Of a stretch of 64,000 nucleotides of DNA, positions 46,593 to 58,500 are shown in pieces; the first letter of the stretch is position 1; every line of letters starts with the position of its first letter. The notes beneath the pieces are model-generated. The model did not search any database. It saw nothing but the letters and a program-made list of their open reading frames with translations, and was not told the DNA's origin. The stretch covers positions 1,281,356 through 1,345,355 of the forward strand of contig MU054472.1 in NCBI GenBank assembly GCA_013239625.1, given 5' to 3'. Source of the DNA: Lama guanicoe. Lineage: Eukaryota. Both the position numbers and the translations under genes were made by a program.

Positions 46593-49500
46593 ATGGCCGC
46601 GCACGGGAAGCTGCGCCGGGAGCGAGGGCTGCAGGCCGAGTATGAGACGCAAGTCAAAGGTGAGAGGGCGCTGGACACTCCCGGCCCTGTCCCCTGCGGA
46701 GACCCCGAAGGTCGTGGGGGAGCCCGAAAAGTCCTGAGCGCCGGCCCAGGGCCCGCTGCGCTCCCCCAGGGACCTCCAGAGGGGGTTGGGGAAGGGAACC
46801 CGAGCCCCCTACCTGCTTCTTCACGCCTCTTTGGCCTCAACAGCCTGCCGTTCCCCCTCCCTCCCTCCCTCCTTTCCTCCCTCCCTTACTTTGGTAGTTC
46901 TGCCCTCCTTGGTTCTCCGTGCCCCTCACCTAAGGAGCCCCAAGAGGGAAGGGGGGCACCAGGTGCACCAAGGTGCACCCCAGAAAGTGGCATTCTAGCC
47001 ACAGTGAGATCAAACATCTTGACTTTGCTGAGGGGTGCCGAGGAAGAGTCCGAGTACCTAGGTGGATGGATTAGTGATGGTTTTCCCCTAAAACCGCTCC
47101 AGCCCCTGTAGCTCAGGCCCTTTTCCCTCCCTTGGGCACTGAGGTGGCTCCAAGTTGAAGGCTGCTGTCTCTGGGTCAAGCTGGCACGGTGAGGCTTGGC
47201 CTGAGAGAGTCAACAGGGCCAGCTTTGGGCCTTTTCGGAGTAGACCTCTTTGGGTTCTGATAAACACGCTGTGCAAATCACATGCAAATCAGCTTTGCAA
47301 ACTCTTAGTCAACAGCTTCTACAAGTCTTACTCAGGGTGACTCTTGCAAAGGGAAGAAGCTTTCTGGCGTCTTCAGATGTGCGACCCCATATGTCACTTT
47401 CGGTCGCTCAGTTTTACTGATGAAGGAAAGTGAAGCGTAGAGAGGAGCCGTTACTTGCTCATGGTCGCACAGCACTATATATAGCTCCTAAGAAGTAGAA
47501 TGAAATGACCCTCGAATTTCCTTCCAATCTAGAGATGCAGGTTCCAACATTATTAGTCAATATGAGCAATTTACACCAAAGTACGCTCAAGTCCTCCCCG
47601 TCTGGAACAGTGGCCCACTGCCCAGAGCCAGCTTGAGGTGACTTTGTGTGGGGTGAGCCGGCGCTTCAAGCCTTGCCTACTTCTTTTCTCAGATGAAGAG
47701 AATGGTCCCCCATTCTGCTTCCCCCAAATGTATTGAGGCTGAAGGACTTTGGAAACTTCAGTCAGCATAGATACGAAGCCATTCATTCACATGGAAAATT
47801 GGGGTTTTGAGCAAAGGATGTCTTTCAGATGTTCCTTGCCTGCTCTGGGTCTTCAATGATTTTAGCTTCTGTTCCCTGTCTCCCCCGTACCCCACCCCCT
47901 CCGCCAAAAGAAACTTCCTACTGTGCTAGAAAAACAGGATCGCTGTCTTGACACCCTGAATTCTGAAAGGTCAGCACGGTGGTTTGGGAGGCCATCTTTT
48001 TCGCTTTGCTTGTCAGCAGAAGTGAGACCGAATGCTTCGCTCACAGGAAGTGCTGGTGGGGCCCAGTCCCAGCTTTGCAGCTCAAGCATATGTGGATTCC
48101 ATCCTTCCCTTTGACGGATGTTTTGTACGCATCGATTCTGCGCTGGGCCCTGAACACACAGAGCCGAACAAAAGAGAGGCAACCCCTGCTCCCATATGGC
48201 TCATGGGTCTCGTAGGGGAGATGTACAGTAAACAACCTATCGCACAACTAATTTCAATTACAATGAAAACCACTATAAAGGGAAAGCTCGGATGTCAGGA
48301 AAGGGGATGGAAAGAGGGTCAGACCTAGTTTATTGGGGGTGGTTCCCTGATGAGTGGATCTGAGCCGAGATCTGAGCACCAGACGGTGACACAGCCTGGA
48401 GGCTGGGGAGCTAGGTACCAGCTCACTGTGCTCAGACCCCGAGATTCCCATCCACTTGACACCAGCCAGCACATATGTCCGAATCCCAGCCGATGCTTGG
48501 TTGCACTGAAGAATAAACATAACAGTTTGGTGTGCTGGCCTGTTTAGCCCCGTTCAGTGGTGATAGGTCCCCAGGGAAGAATGGCTGCAGGAGGGTGGGG
48601 CAGAGGCCAGAGGAAGGGGAGGTGAGCCAGGACATCTCGGATCTTTCTTGGAATGAAATGCTATTGACTTTTATCCAAAAAAATGTTACACTGATTGCAA
48701 GTGGTGTGGCACCCACTCCACCTAGCCGTGGAGCTGAGAGTCAGCCACTGGAGCCTGGCCTTGGACAGTGTAAGGACACTGTCTCTCACTGGGCTCTGCC
48801 TGCTTGACCCTGGTTTCACTGACAGGAAGCCATCCCCACCCCAGCCTTCCATTTTTCCAGCTTGAGCCCGGTGTGCAGAGTGAGTGCTCCTGTTCACTAA
48901 TTCCCGTGAATGCACGAGGATGGTTATCCCTGGCCCTCTCACTGAGCCGATCCCAGTGGTGGAAAGGACTGGCAGGGCTGAGGGACAGGTTATACCTGAG
49001 CCACATCTGTGGTGCCTGGAGCCAGGGAGAGGGATCCAGGGGCTGAGAATAGAAAGGGGACATTCGGGAGAAGGGAAATCAGAGGAGGAGATGGGGGTGC
49101 TGGGGAGTCACTGGCAGGACAGGAATCCAAATGGTGGCCGACCGAGCTGTCCACAGCGGAGCCCTTTCGGACAGCCACTCTCTCTTAGGCTGGCTCCCTG
49201 GTCCAAGCTCCCGACAGTCTTTGCCTGGACTGGTGCAGGAGCTGCCACCTGGGCTGGGCACTTTTCCTCTGTCACCCAATGTCTGCCTGGGCTCCCCATG
49301 GCAGCCGCTGGGGCCCTGGGACTGCAGGTGGACCACAAAGCTCCTGTGCCCGCTGCCCCTGCTCCTGCCTGCGCAGCCTGCTCTGGCCACACTGGCTCCA
49401 GCAGCCTTCACCGCCCCCTCTGGCTGAACACTCTTCCCCCAATGTCTCCACAGCCCCTCTGTCACTTCCTTTAGCTCTCTATTCCAGTGTCGCTTCTTCC

Positions 49501-52500
49501 TGACTGCCCTCCTCTAGAGGAACGCCTCCCTGCCCCTACCTCTGGCTCAGATCTCCCTATGTCCCTCTTTCAGCACCCCTTGCTCCAATGCATCCTAGTT
49601 CGTGTCTGTCTGCTTGTTGTCTGTCCTCCTAGTCCCATCCCAGCTCCAGGAGGGCAGGCACTTGGTCAACCCACTTGGCTACTGTAGTTTGATGTCTCGA
49701 CTAGCTGGGTGCCTAATCACCATTGTGCTGAATGAAGAAATCGATTGATGCCCCTCCCTGGGCACCTGGTCGGAGATGAGTGAGTGGGTGACCCGCTTGA
49801 CAGAAGCCAGGACAGCACCTTATTTCCCCGGGATGCCCAGGGCTGGCCACTGGGTTGCTTCAACTTCTCATTTAGGCGGTTCTTTGCCATAGGTCTGTGT
49901 GGGGAAAGCAGCATTGCCAAATCAAGCCAGCGATAAGGTGTCAAAAGCCAGCAGCATGGGGGCCCTGGGTGTGGCTCTCTCTGCTGGGAGGGGGGTTTGG
50001 GGGGCCCTGGGGCTGTGTAATTGGGAGTCAGGACTGGGAACAGAAAACAGAACAGCTGCCTCGTCCTGTCACTTGTCAGCCCCAGCCAGCTCGCCTGGGC
50101 CTCCCTGTGGGTCTGCCCTTTCCCCTTGGGGCTGAGGGCAGGCTTCCCAACCATCGAGGCCACAGGCTGACTGCAGGTTTGGCAGCGTGCCCTGGCAGCT
50201 TCGCCCCTGCAGAGCTCTGTGTGTCTGTCTGTGTGTGTGCAGGGGAGACTGCCCTGCCTGGGGTCCTGGGTACCCAAGGGGCAGGAAGTGGCAGGGGAAG
50301 CAACTCAGGGGCTTTCCGGGAACCGGGGAGTGATAGGAAGGCCAAGTGAAAGGTGCCTGCCTGGGCCGTGGCCAGCTGGGGCCGGGGCAGCTCTGTGTTC
50401 TTTGCTCCCACCATCCCAACCTGCTCCAGCCTCCCCTGTCCCCTGCCCCGGGATCTGTCACGCTCCCTCTCACCCTGGTCCTCTGCAGGGCTCTCCCCTC
50501 TCCCTGGAACAGCCCTTCCATTCTTCTTCAACCAGTTGGGCCTGGCGGGTTCCCTTTAGCCTCAGCCCTGAGGTCCCTTTCCTTAGGCCTGCCCTGAGCC
50601 CGGCTGGACAGCTGAGCCCAGAACTCCTCCCTGGGGGCCAGCCTTCTCACCCTCGGGGCAGACAGGACCAGCCTGAGACGCGGGCCCCTCCCCCTCTCCC
50701 CGCAGAGATGCGCTGGCAGCTGAGCGAGCAGCTGCGTTGCCTGGAGCTGCAGGGCGAGCTGCGGCGGGAGCTGCTGCAGGAGCTGGCCGAGTTCATGCGG
50801 CGCCGCGCCGAGGTGGAGCTGGAGTACTCCCGTGGCCTGGACAAGCTGGCTGAGCGCTTCTCCAGCCGAGGAGGCCGCCTTGGGGGCGGCAGCCGGGAGC
50901 ACCAAAGCTTCCGGTGGGTACTGGCGGGCAGGATGGCCGTGACCTGGTCCAAGGCCCCTCTCCCGGTCTGAGTGCCCCTTTGTCCCCAGGAAGGAGCCAT
51001 CCCTCCTGTCGCCCTTGCACTGCTGGGCTGTGTTGCTACAGCAGACGCGGCAGCAGAGCCGGGAGAGTGCGGCCCTCAGCGAGGTGCTGGCTGGACCACT
51101 GGCCCAGCGCCTGAGCCACATTGCGGAGGATGTGGGGCGCATAGTCAAGAAGGCAAGGCCCCTACCCTGGGCCGGGGGTGTGTGGATGGCCTCAGGATCT
51201 AGCTGGATCCAGAGGTGCCAGGGCTGGGAGGGCACAGGAGGCCAGGCGGGCATCAGGCAGAGGGGAGCTGAGGTGTGGCAGTGGGTGTGGCCTGGGGCAG
51301 TACTGTGGTCACTCTCCTCCTCCCCAGAGCAAGGATCTGGAGCAACAGCTGCAGGAGGAGCTCCTGGAAGTGGTGTCAGAGCTGCAGACGGTGAGAATAC
51401 TGTCCGGCCCGCCCCAGTCTGGGGACACTGTCACATCACATCATCCTGGGCCAGGCTCAAAGAGGAGGACTGGGTGCCCAGGAGAGACTCAGGTTTCAGG
51501 GACCACAAGCACGGCCCTCTCTCCCTGCTCTGGGCACCGGGTGGCTGGGCTGAGCACTTGCGCAGGATCTCCTAGTTCTCAGGTCTGAGTCCCAGGTGGG
51601 TGGGGAGGGGGAAGGGGAGGGCTGGCTGGGGCCATGGCCTTCAGTGGGGCTGCCTGGCCCTGGGCCTCCTTGCAGGCCAAGAAGACATACCAGGTGTACC
51701 ACATGGAGAGTGTGAATGCCGAGGCCAAGCTCAGGGAAGCAGAGCGGCAGGAGGGGAAGCGAGCAGGCCGGAATGCCGCCACTGCTGCCACCACCACTAC
51801 CGGCACCGAGGCAGGGCCTCTCCGCAAGGGCTCCCTCAAGAAGGGAGGGCGGCTGGTGGAGAAGGTAGGCCTGGCGGGCACCTGTCTGACTCCAAAGGCT
51901 CTGGCTCCTGGTCTGTGTCCTTCTGAGTCCTTGGCCCTCACTGGGGCCTGCTGGGAGGGGGTGTGTGGAGGAGGAAGGGAGGGCTGGCTCTTGGGGGCTC
52001 CCTACGCTGGGGTGGGAGACAGAGGGGACTGGAGAACAGTCATGAGGCGTGGAAAAGCCTGCCACAGTGTCCCCCATGCTCCTAGCTGCCCCTACCCACC
52101 TCCAGCCCAGCCTGGGCAAAGAGAGATTTGATGCTCCCAAGCCTGGGGGCCTTTCCACCTGTCATCCTTGCCTCCCAGACTGCTGTGAGATTTCAGAGGA
52201 GTAAGAAGACATGTAGGATGGGTGATTGAGGGACGTACAGGGAGAAGTGTTTGAGGTGGTCCCTGGAAGAAGGGTGAGGACAATGAGGCTGGCAGGGTTG
52301 GGTAGGACGGCCATCAGGACTTCTGGGCCAAATTGTTGAGGCCTGTGGGATATGGGGGGCAGCTGTCCTCATGGGAAAGGGAGGAGAGAGAGCATGTTGG
52401 GCTGTGGAGGTGAGGAGGCCAGAGACGGGGGCCAGCCGGCCTCCTGGGTGACCCTGGTGTGCTTGTGTGGTCCTGAGCAGCGTCAGGCCAAGTTCTTGGA

Positions 52501-55500
52501 ACACAAGCTCAAGTGCACAAAGGCACGCAATGAGTACCTGCTCAGTCTGGCCAGTGTCAACGCTGCTGTCAGCAACTACTACTTGCATGATGTCCTGGAC
52601 CTCATGGATGTGAGTGGCGGGGGCTGGGGTGGAGGGGGTGCACCTGGTGCTTGGAGCCTGCCCGAGCCGTGTCCCCGCTTCCTCCCCAGTGCTGTGACAC
52701 GGGATTCCACCTGGCCCTGGGGCAGGTGCTCCGGAGCTACATGGTGGCCGAGAGCCGCACCCAAGCCTCCCAGATGCAGGGCCTGGGCAGCCTGGAAGAG
52801 GCAGTGGAGGCCCTAGACCCTCCAGGGGACAAGGCCAAGGTGCTGGAGGTGCACGCAGTCGCCTTCTGTCCCCCGCTGCGTTTTGACTACCAGCCCCACG
52901 AGGGGGATGAGGTGAGGGTCCCTGCCAACCCCTTAAGGCAAATGGCTTCCTGGAGACTGTAGGTAAATCAGGTCGAATGACTTCACTAAGGAGTCGAAAC
53001 TCCTGAATACAGCTTCTGTCTCAGAGCCTCGTTCAATGGCCTCAAGGCCAGTGAGACTCAGAGGTTTCCCCACTTGCATTGGAAGCAAGCAGCTTGCTTC
53101 TGCAGCCTGGCCAATGAACGCACACCCCCAGTAGCACACACAACCAAGAGACCATGGGTTCGGAGGCCAGCTGGTAGGCGGCATGTAGCCGTCTGCGTAA
53201 TCTTCCTTCCGTGGTTCTGTGCACTTCAGACATTTCATGATGCAAACTTGCAGGAAAATCAACCGTGCCAGCAGGAAAATGTAACTAGGCACCTTTGTGC
53301 ACACCTCTGACCTGTTTTGTCCTTGTGTGTTTATCCTGATGACCATTGTGCATGGGCTGGGGTTACACTCAGCTTTTAGTTAGTTAATTTGTATTTTGAC
53401 CAAAGTCCTGTCTAAAAGAGTCAACCATTCCTCAAGGCTGACAATGGCACACAGCACTTCTCTGACTGACCCTTTCTGTTCCTGATTCCCACTCCCCAGA
53501 AACAGCCATTTCCCAGTCTTCTAGCTGCTTCTCTCTGTGTTCAGACTGCCTGGTGCTTTTCAGCTCTCCATAGGCACTACCGACTTCCCTGCGTGGAGGA
53601 TTAAGGCTGCTCCCCACATCACCATCTCCCTGCAATACTCCTTTCCGTCTATTCCACCACCAGTCAGTCTGCATTCCTGCTTCCTTCAAAGCCCTGTGCT
53701 GCAGCCCCCTAGTCCAGACTGGTCAACTTGTAGGCCTGCAAAGCTGGAATCCTGTAGCTTCTCTTCCTGGTCATCCAGAGCATCCTTGCCATTCTCTCCT
53801 GCACTGGACCCCCTGTTTTCTGGACCCTGTGTCTTCCTCTTTCTTATTTATTACCCTTGTTTGGGCAGCCGTCTTCCCCCCATACTTTCCTGACTTTGAA
53901 TACCTGAAAATGTCTGTATTCTCTCCTTGACATTGATGATTAGTTTAGCTGGGTATGGAATTCAAGGCTGAAAATCGTTTTCCTTTTAGCATGTTAAAGG
54001 TATCACTGCAGGCTTTCCATACTTGTAGGTGAGAAGTCCAATGCCCTTCTGATTTCTGGACCTTTGTACATGATCTGTAATTTTTATCCCTGAAGCTTTT
54101 AGGATAGTCTTTTTCCCTGGTGTAAAATTTTATGATGATATGCCTTGAGGACCCTTCTTCCTTCATGTTGCTAGGCAACCAGGGGGCCCTGTCAGTCTGG
54201 AAACTTGCATCCTAAGGTTTTAAGCTGAGATTATTCCTTTGATAATTTTTTTCTCTCAATTGTCTTTTCTCTTGCTTTCAAGAATGCTTTTTTTTAGAGG
54301 CATGGTAATTGTTTGTTTGTTTGTTTATTCATTTTTTAATGGAAGCACTGGGGATTGAACCCAGGACCCAATGCATGCTAAGCACGTGCTCTACCAATTG
54401 AGCTATACCCTCCCGTCCATCAAGAATTCTTGTAATAGCATGTTAGACCTCATGGGTTAATTGTCTAATTTCCTTACCTTTTCTCTTTCCTATTTCCCAT
54501 CACTATACCTTTTAATTCTGCTTTTTTTTCTTTTTTGTTGAGGGGAGGTAATTAGGTTTATTTATTTAATCTCTTTTAAGGGAGGTACTGGGGATTGAAC
54601 CCAGGACCTCATGCATGCTAAATATGCACTCTACCACTGAACTGTACCCTCCTCCCCCAATTTTGCTTTCTTAGAGATTTTTTTCAATTCTCTTTTCCAA
54701 CCACTTGTTGAATTTTTCTTTAAAATTACTTTCCAATTTTTTTGTTTCTAGGAGTTCTGTTTTGTTTTCAAAATTCCTGTTTAAAAGAATCCTTTGTTCT
54801 TGTTTCATGAATACAGTATCTTCTTAAATTTTTCTGAAATATTCATTTTTTTCCTCAACATTTTCTGCTATTCCCTGCATTTTCTGTTTTCTTGCTTTTT
54901 TGGGGGGGAGGTAATTAGGTTTTTATTTATTTTTTTAATGGGGGTACTGGGGATTGAACCCAGGACCTTGTGCGTGCTAAGCATGCTCTCTACCACTGAG
55001 CTCTGCCCTCTCCCTTGTTTTCTTGGTTTGATCTGTGTCTCCCTCAAATAGCTGGCAATTCTGGGTCATCAGTTCATATTTGAGAAGAGGTAGGCACTGA
55101 GGGGTGGATTTGCTACTTGATGTGTGTTAACAGAGCTTGTCAGTGGGTTGCCCCATGGGGTGGCTAGGCAGGGACTCCCACACCATGGGGACCTGGGGGG
55201 TCTCCTACGAGGCTTCTAGATAGAACTCGCAGGACTTGGGGACTTAGGGGAGGGGCTTGGCTCAGGCTTGAATGCTGGCAGGGAGCCGGAGTCGCTCTGA
55301 CTGGGTGTCTTAATAAATCTTATCTAGGGGATGGGGCAGGGCTGGATAAAAGGAGGCTGAAGCTGTCACCAGTGAGGAAAGAACTGTCACTCTTATTACC
55401 CAGGACGCAGGGAGGTTTGGTCATTTTTGTGGCTTGGACAAAGGTCTTGTTTCTGTCTGGGCTTGGACATGCTGATGAGGTGATCTTGTTTTTGTCTTCA

Positions 55501-58500
55501 TGGGCACAGAGTGGCTTTGCCTGGTGTTGATGCTCTGTGACGTCCCTTATGTGCAACATGGTGACACCGAGGCGTGGCTGAGCCCCTGGCTGCTGCACTG
55601 CCCCCCGCCAGTGGGGAGCTACACCCCCTCCTGCAGCTGCAACTAGTGTCCCTGGGGCCAGAGCCCCCTGATTTATCCTTTCCAGAGAGCACATTTCTAG
55701 TTTCCTGCTAATTGTGTGAATTTGAGGGGATGGGTCTTCTAATATCAGTGTTTCCTAGGGCCTGGATAGAAATTTTAGAATTGTGGTAAAATATATTTAA
55801 GGTTTAGCATTTTGACCGTCTTAGGTGCACAGTTCACTGGCATGAAGCACCTTCACTTTCTTATCCTCCAAAGTGATTCACTTTGTCCCCCTGAAACACT
55901 GACTACCCCAGGCCTTGGCCCCCACCCTCCTACTCTCTGTCTCTAGGAATCCGGCTCCTTTAGGCACCTCATACAAGTGCAATCATATACTATTTGTCCT
56001 TTTGTGATAAAAGGTTGATTTCACTGAGCATAATGTCCTTAGGGTTCACCCACTTGGAAATATATATCAGAATTTCCTCCTTTTTTTTTTAACAGCTGAA
56101 TAACATTCCATTGTATGGATAGACCCCGCTTTGCTCCTCTGGGTTTCATCCGTGGGCACTGGGGTTGCTTCCACCCTTGGGCATGCAAGCAGGGCAGCCG
56201 AGGGGCCGTGCTCCAGCCTCGGTGTGTACAGCTGTGCTCCTTCCTCCTGGGAAGGTGTCCTTGCCGAGCTTCAGAACTGCGGGTACTAAGTGTCAAGGCT
56301 GCTGAGCCTGTGCATCAGCCAACGAGGAGCAAAAGCGTGCCCTGGAGCACTCCATGCCTGCTGCCCAGCCCGCCCCCTCGCCCCTCACCATGCCGGAGCT
56401 CTCAGTCCTCAGCCCCCCTGGATGCTGCCCCCTGCAGGTGGCTGAGATCCAGGTTGAGATGGAGCTGCGGGACGAGATTCTGCCCAGAGCCCAGAACATC
56501 CAGAGCCGCCTGGACCGACAGACCATCGAGACAGAAGAGGTCTGAGCAGCCTGGCCCCTGGGAGGGAAGGGAGTTGGAGACGTGGAGCCAGGTGGCTGTG
56601 GCCTCCCCTCCCTCTTCCTTCTGACTTGGACTTCCTGTCCGCCACTTCTTCCTGCCCTGGCGCTGCCCCTCCCCAGGTGAACAAGACGCTGAAGGCCACA
56701 CTGCAGGCCCTGCTGGAGGTAGTGGCATCAGAGGACGGGGACATGCTCGACTCCTTCCAGACCAGTCCATCCACAGAGTCCCTCAAGTCCACCAGCTCCG
56801 ATCCGGGTGCTCGGCAGGCCGGCCGGAGGCGGGTCCAGCAGCAGGAGACTGAGACTTTCTATGTCACAGTGAGGGCTGGGCCTCGGGCTGGGAGGGCAGG
56901 GGCGGGACCCAGGGAGGGCCCGGAGCCGGCTCGAAAACTGGGCTCTTCTTGGGGCTTCCCAGAAACTCCAGGAATACCTGAGTGGACGGAGCATCCTTGC
57001 CAAGCTGCAGGCCAAACATGAGAAGCTGCAGGAGGCCATTCAGCAAGGTGGGCCCTGCTCCCAGCCCCAACACCTGTGCCTCTCTACCCAGAGAGGTTGG
57101 TTGGTGTGCAGGAAATAACCCAGTGAGGATCCGGGCCTTGGTCCGCCCCTTTGTCTTGCCGCTGCCTGTGGCCTCCAGGCCACGCCTTTCCCTTTGCGGT
57201 GCACTGAGGGACCTCCCAGCCTGAGAGGCACAACCTTGTTTTCTCCTCCCCAGGTGACAAGGAGGAGCGGGAGGTGTCCTGGTGAGTCCTTTGTGAAGGG
57301 CTGCTTTGTTCCTAGGAGCTGCAGTGTCCCCACCTCCCTTCTTCTCAGGGCCCAGCTCCGCTGTTCCTTCCTCTGTGGTCTCAGTTTCCCACTTTGCTCT
57401 GTGGGTTCTGGAACAACCCACAAGCTCTAGCGTCCTGTTTGGCTGGGCTGGGGGAGGTTGGAACAGCTTATTCTCCACACCCACCCCCCTCAGAGCCAGC
57501 TCCTGTTCACCACAGGACTCAGTACACACAGAGAAAATTCCAGAAGAGCCGCCCCCCTCGTCCCAGTTCCCAGTATAACCAGAAGCTCTTTGGGGGAGAC
57601 ATGGAGAAGTTTATCCAGGTACTTGCTTTGCCTCACCCTCTCCCTGCATTTCTGGTCCCTCTCCAGCCCTGGGCCCCCTCTGTGGCCTGCCTGTGGCCTC
57701 AGTATCCTCTGTGGCTGACCTCTGCTCTCCTCCCGGGTGGGCCTTTGTCAGGCCTGTGCTGATCAAAGGGCGCCACTCTAACAAGGATCAGAAAGCTCCA
57801 GGTGGTGGCGTTTCGAGGGCTGAGGAGTGAGTTAACACAAGGGTGCTGGCAGGCCCCACTTCTGGGGACTAGACGGTGAAATAAGGGAAGCAAGGACGGT
57901 CAGAAGAGAAGAAATAATGCTATCACGTGCAGTGATGTGATTCCGTAGGTGACCACTCAAGAGAATCAACAGATTATTTCAGTGAACAAATTTGAGTTTC
58001 ATGACATTGTTTGATTCGAGGTCAACATACAGTTTCATTGTGTTTCACATGCCAGCAATAAAGAGTTAGCAGATACCATGTAAGGCATGGCCAGTGGTGG
58101 TACCTGGGCTGTCAGACACCTGGGCGTGGATGTCATAGGCCATGCTGTCCAGCAGCATAACTCGATGTTAAGAGAAAATAAAAGCGAGTGAATGAGCTGG
58201 TGGGCTGTGCGCACAGTGACATGGACACCCTCTCTGTCCCTGTCCCCAGAGCTCAGGGCAGTCCGTGCCCCTGGTGGTGGAGAGCTGTGTCCGCTTCATT
58301 AACCTCCATGGTGAGGAAGACCTGGGCCCCCCTGCCACCGGCCTGGCCCCTGATCCTGGAGGGAGTAGAGCAGAGACTCAGTGCCCATGGCTCTTCGTCT
58401 TCCCGCAGGCCTGCAGCACGAGGGCATCTTCCGGGTGTCGGGTGCCCAGCCCCGGGTCTCAGAGATCCGTGACGCTTTTGAGAGAGGTGGGGACGGGTGG

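Larger units (their letters stand above)
53400..55100 (-). mobile_element. Degenerate L1M-type sequence hosting the three SINEs (ARHGAP4 intron 7)
   Basis: T-rich; tttagctgggtatggaattcaaggctgaaaat...gagaagtccaatgcc resembles antisense L1 ORF1-region sequence. Confidence 0.55.

Noticed and set aside
54345-55014. tRNA-Ala-like genes
   Set aside because: Degenerate stems, A-rich tails and TSDs identify them as SINE heads.
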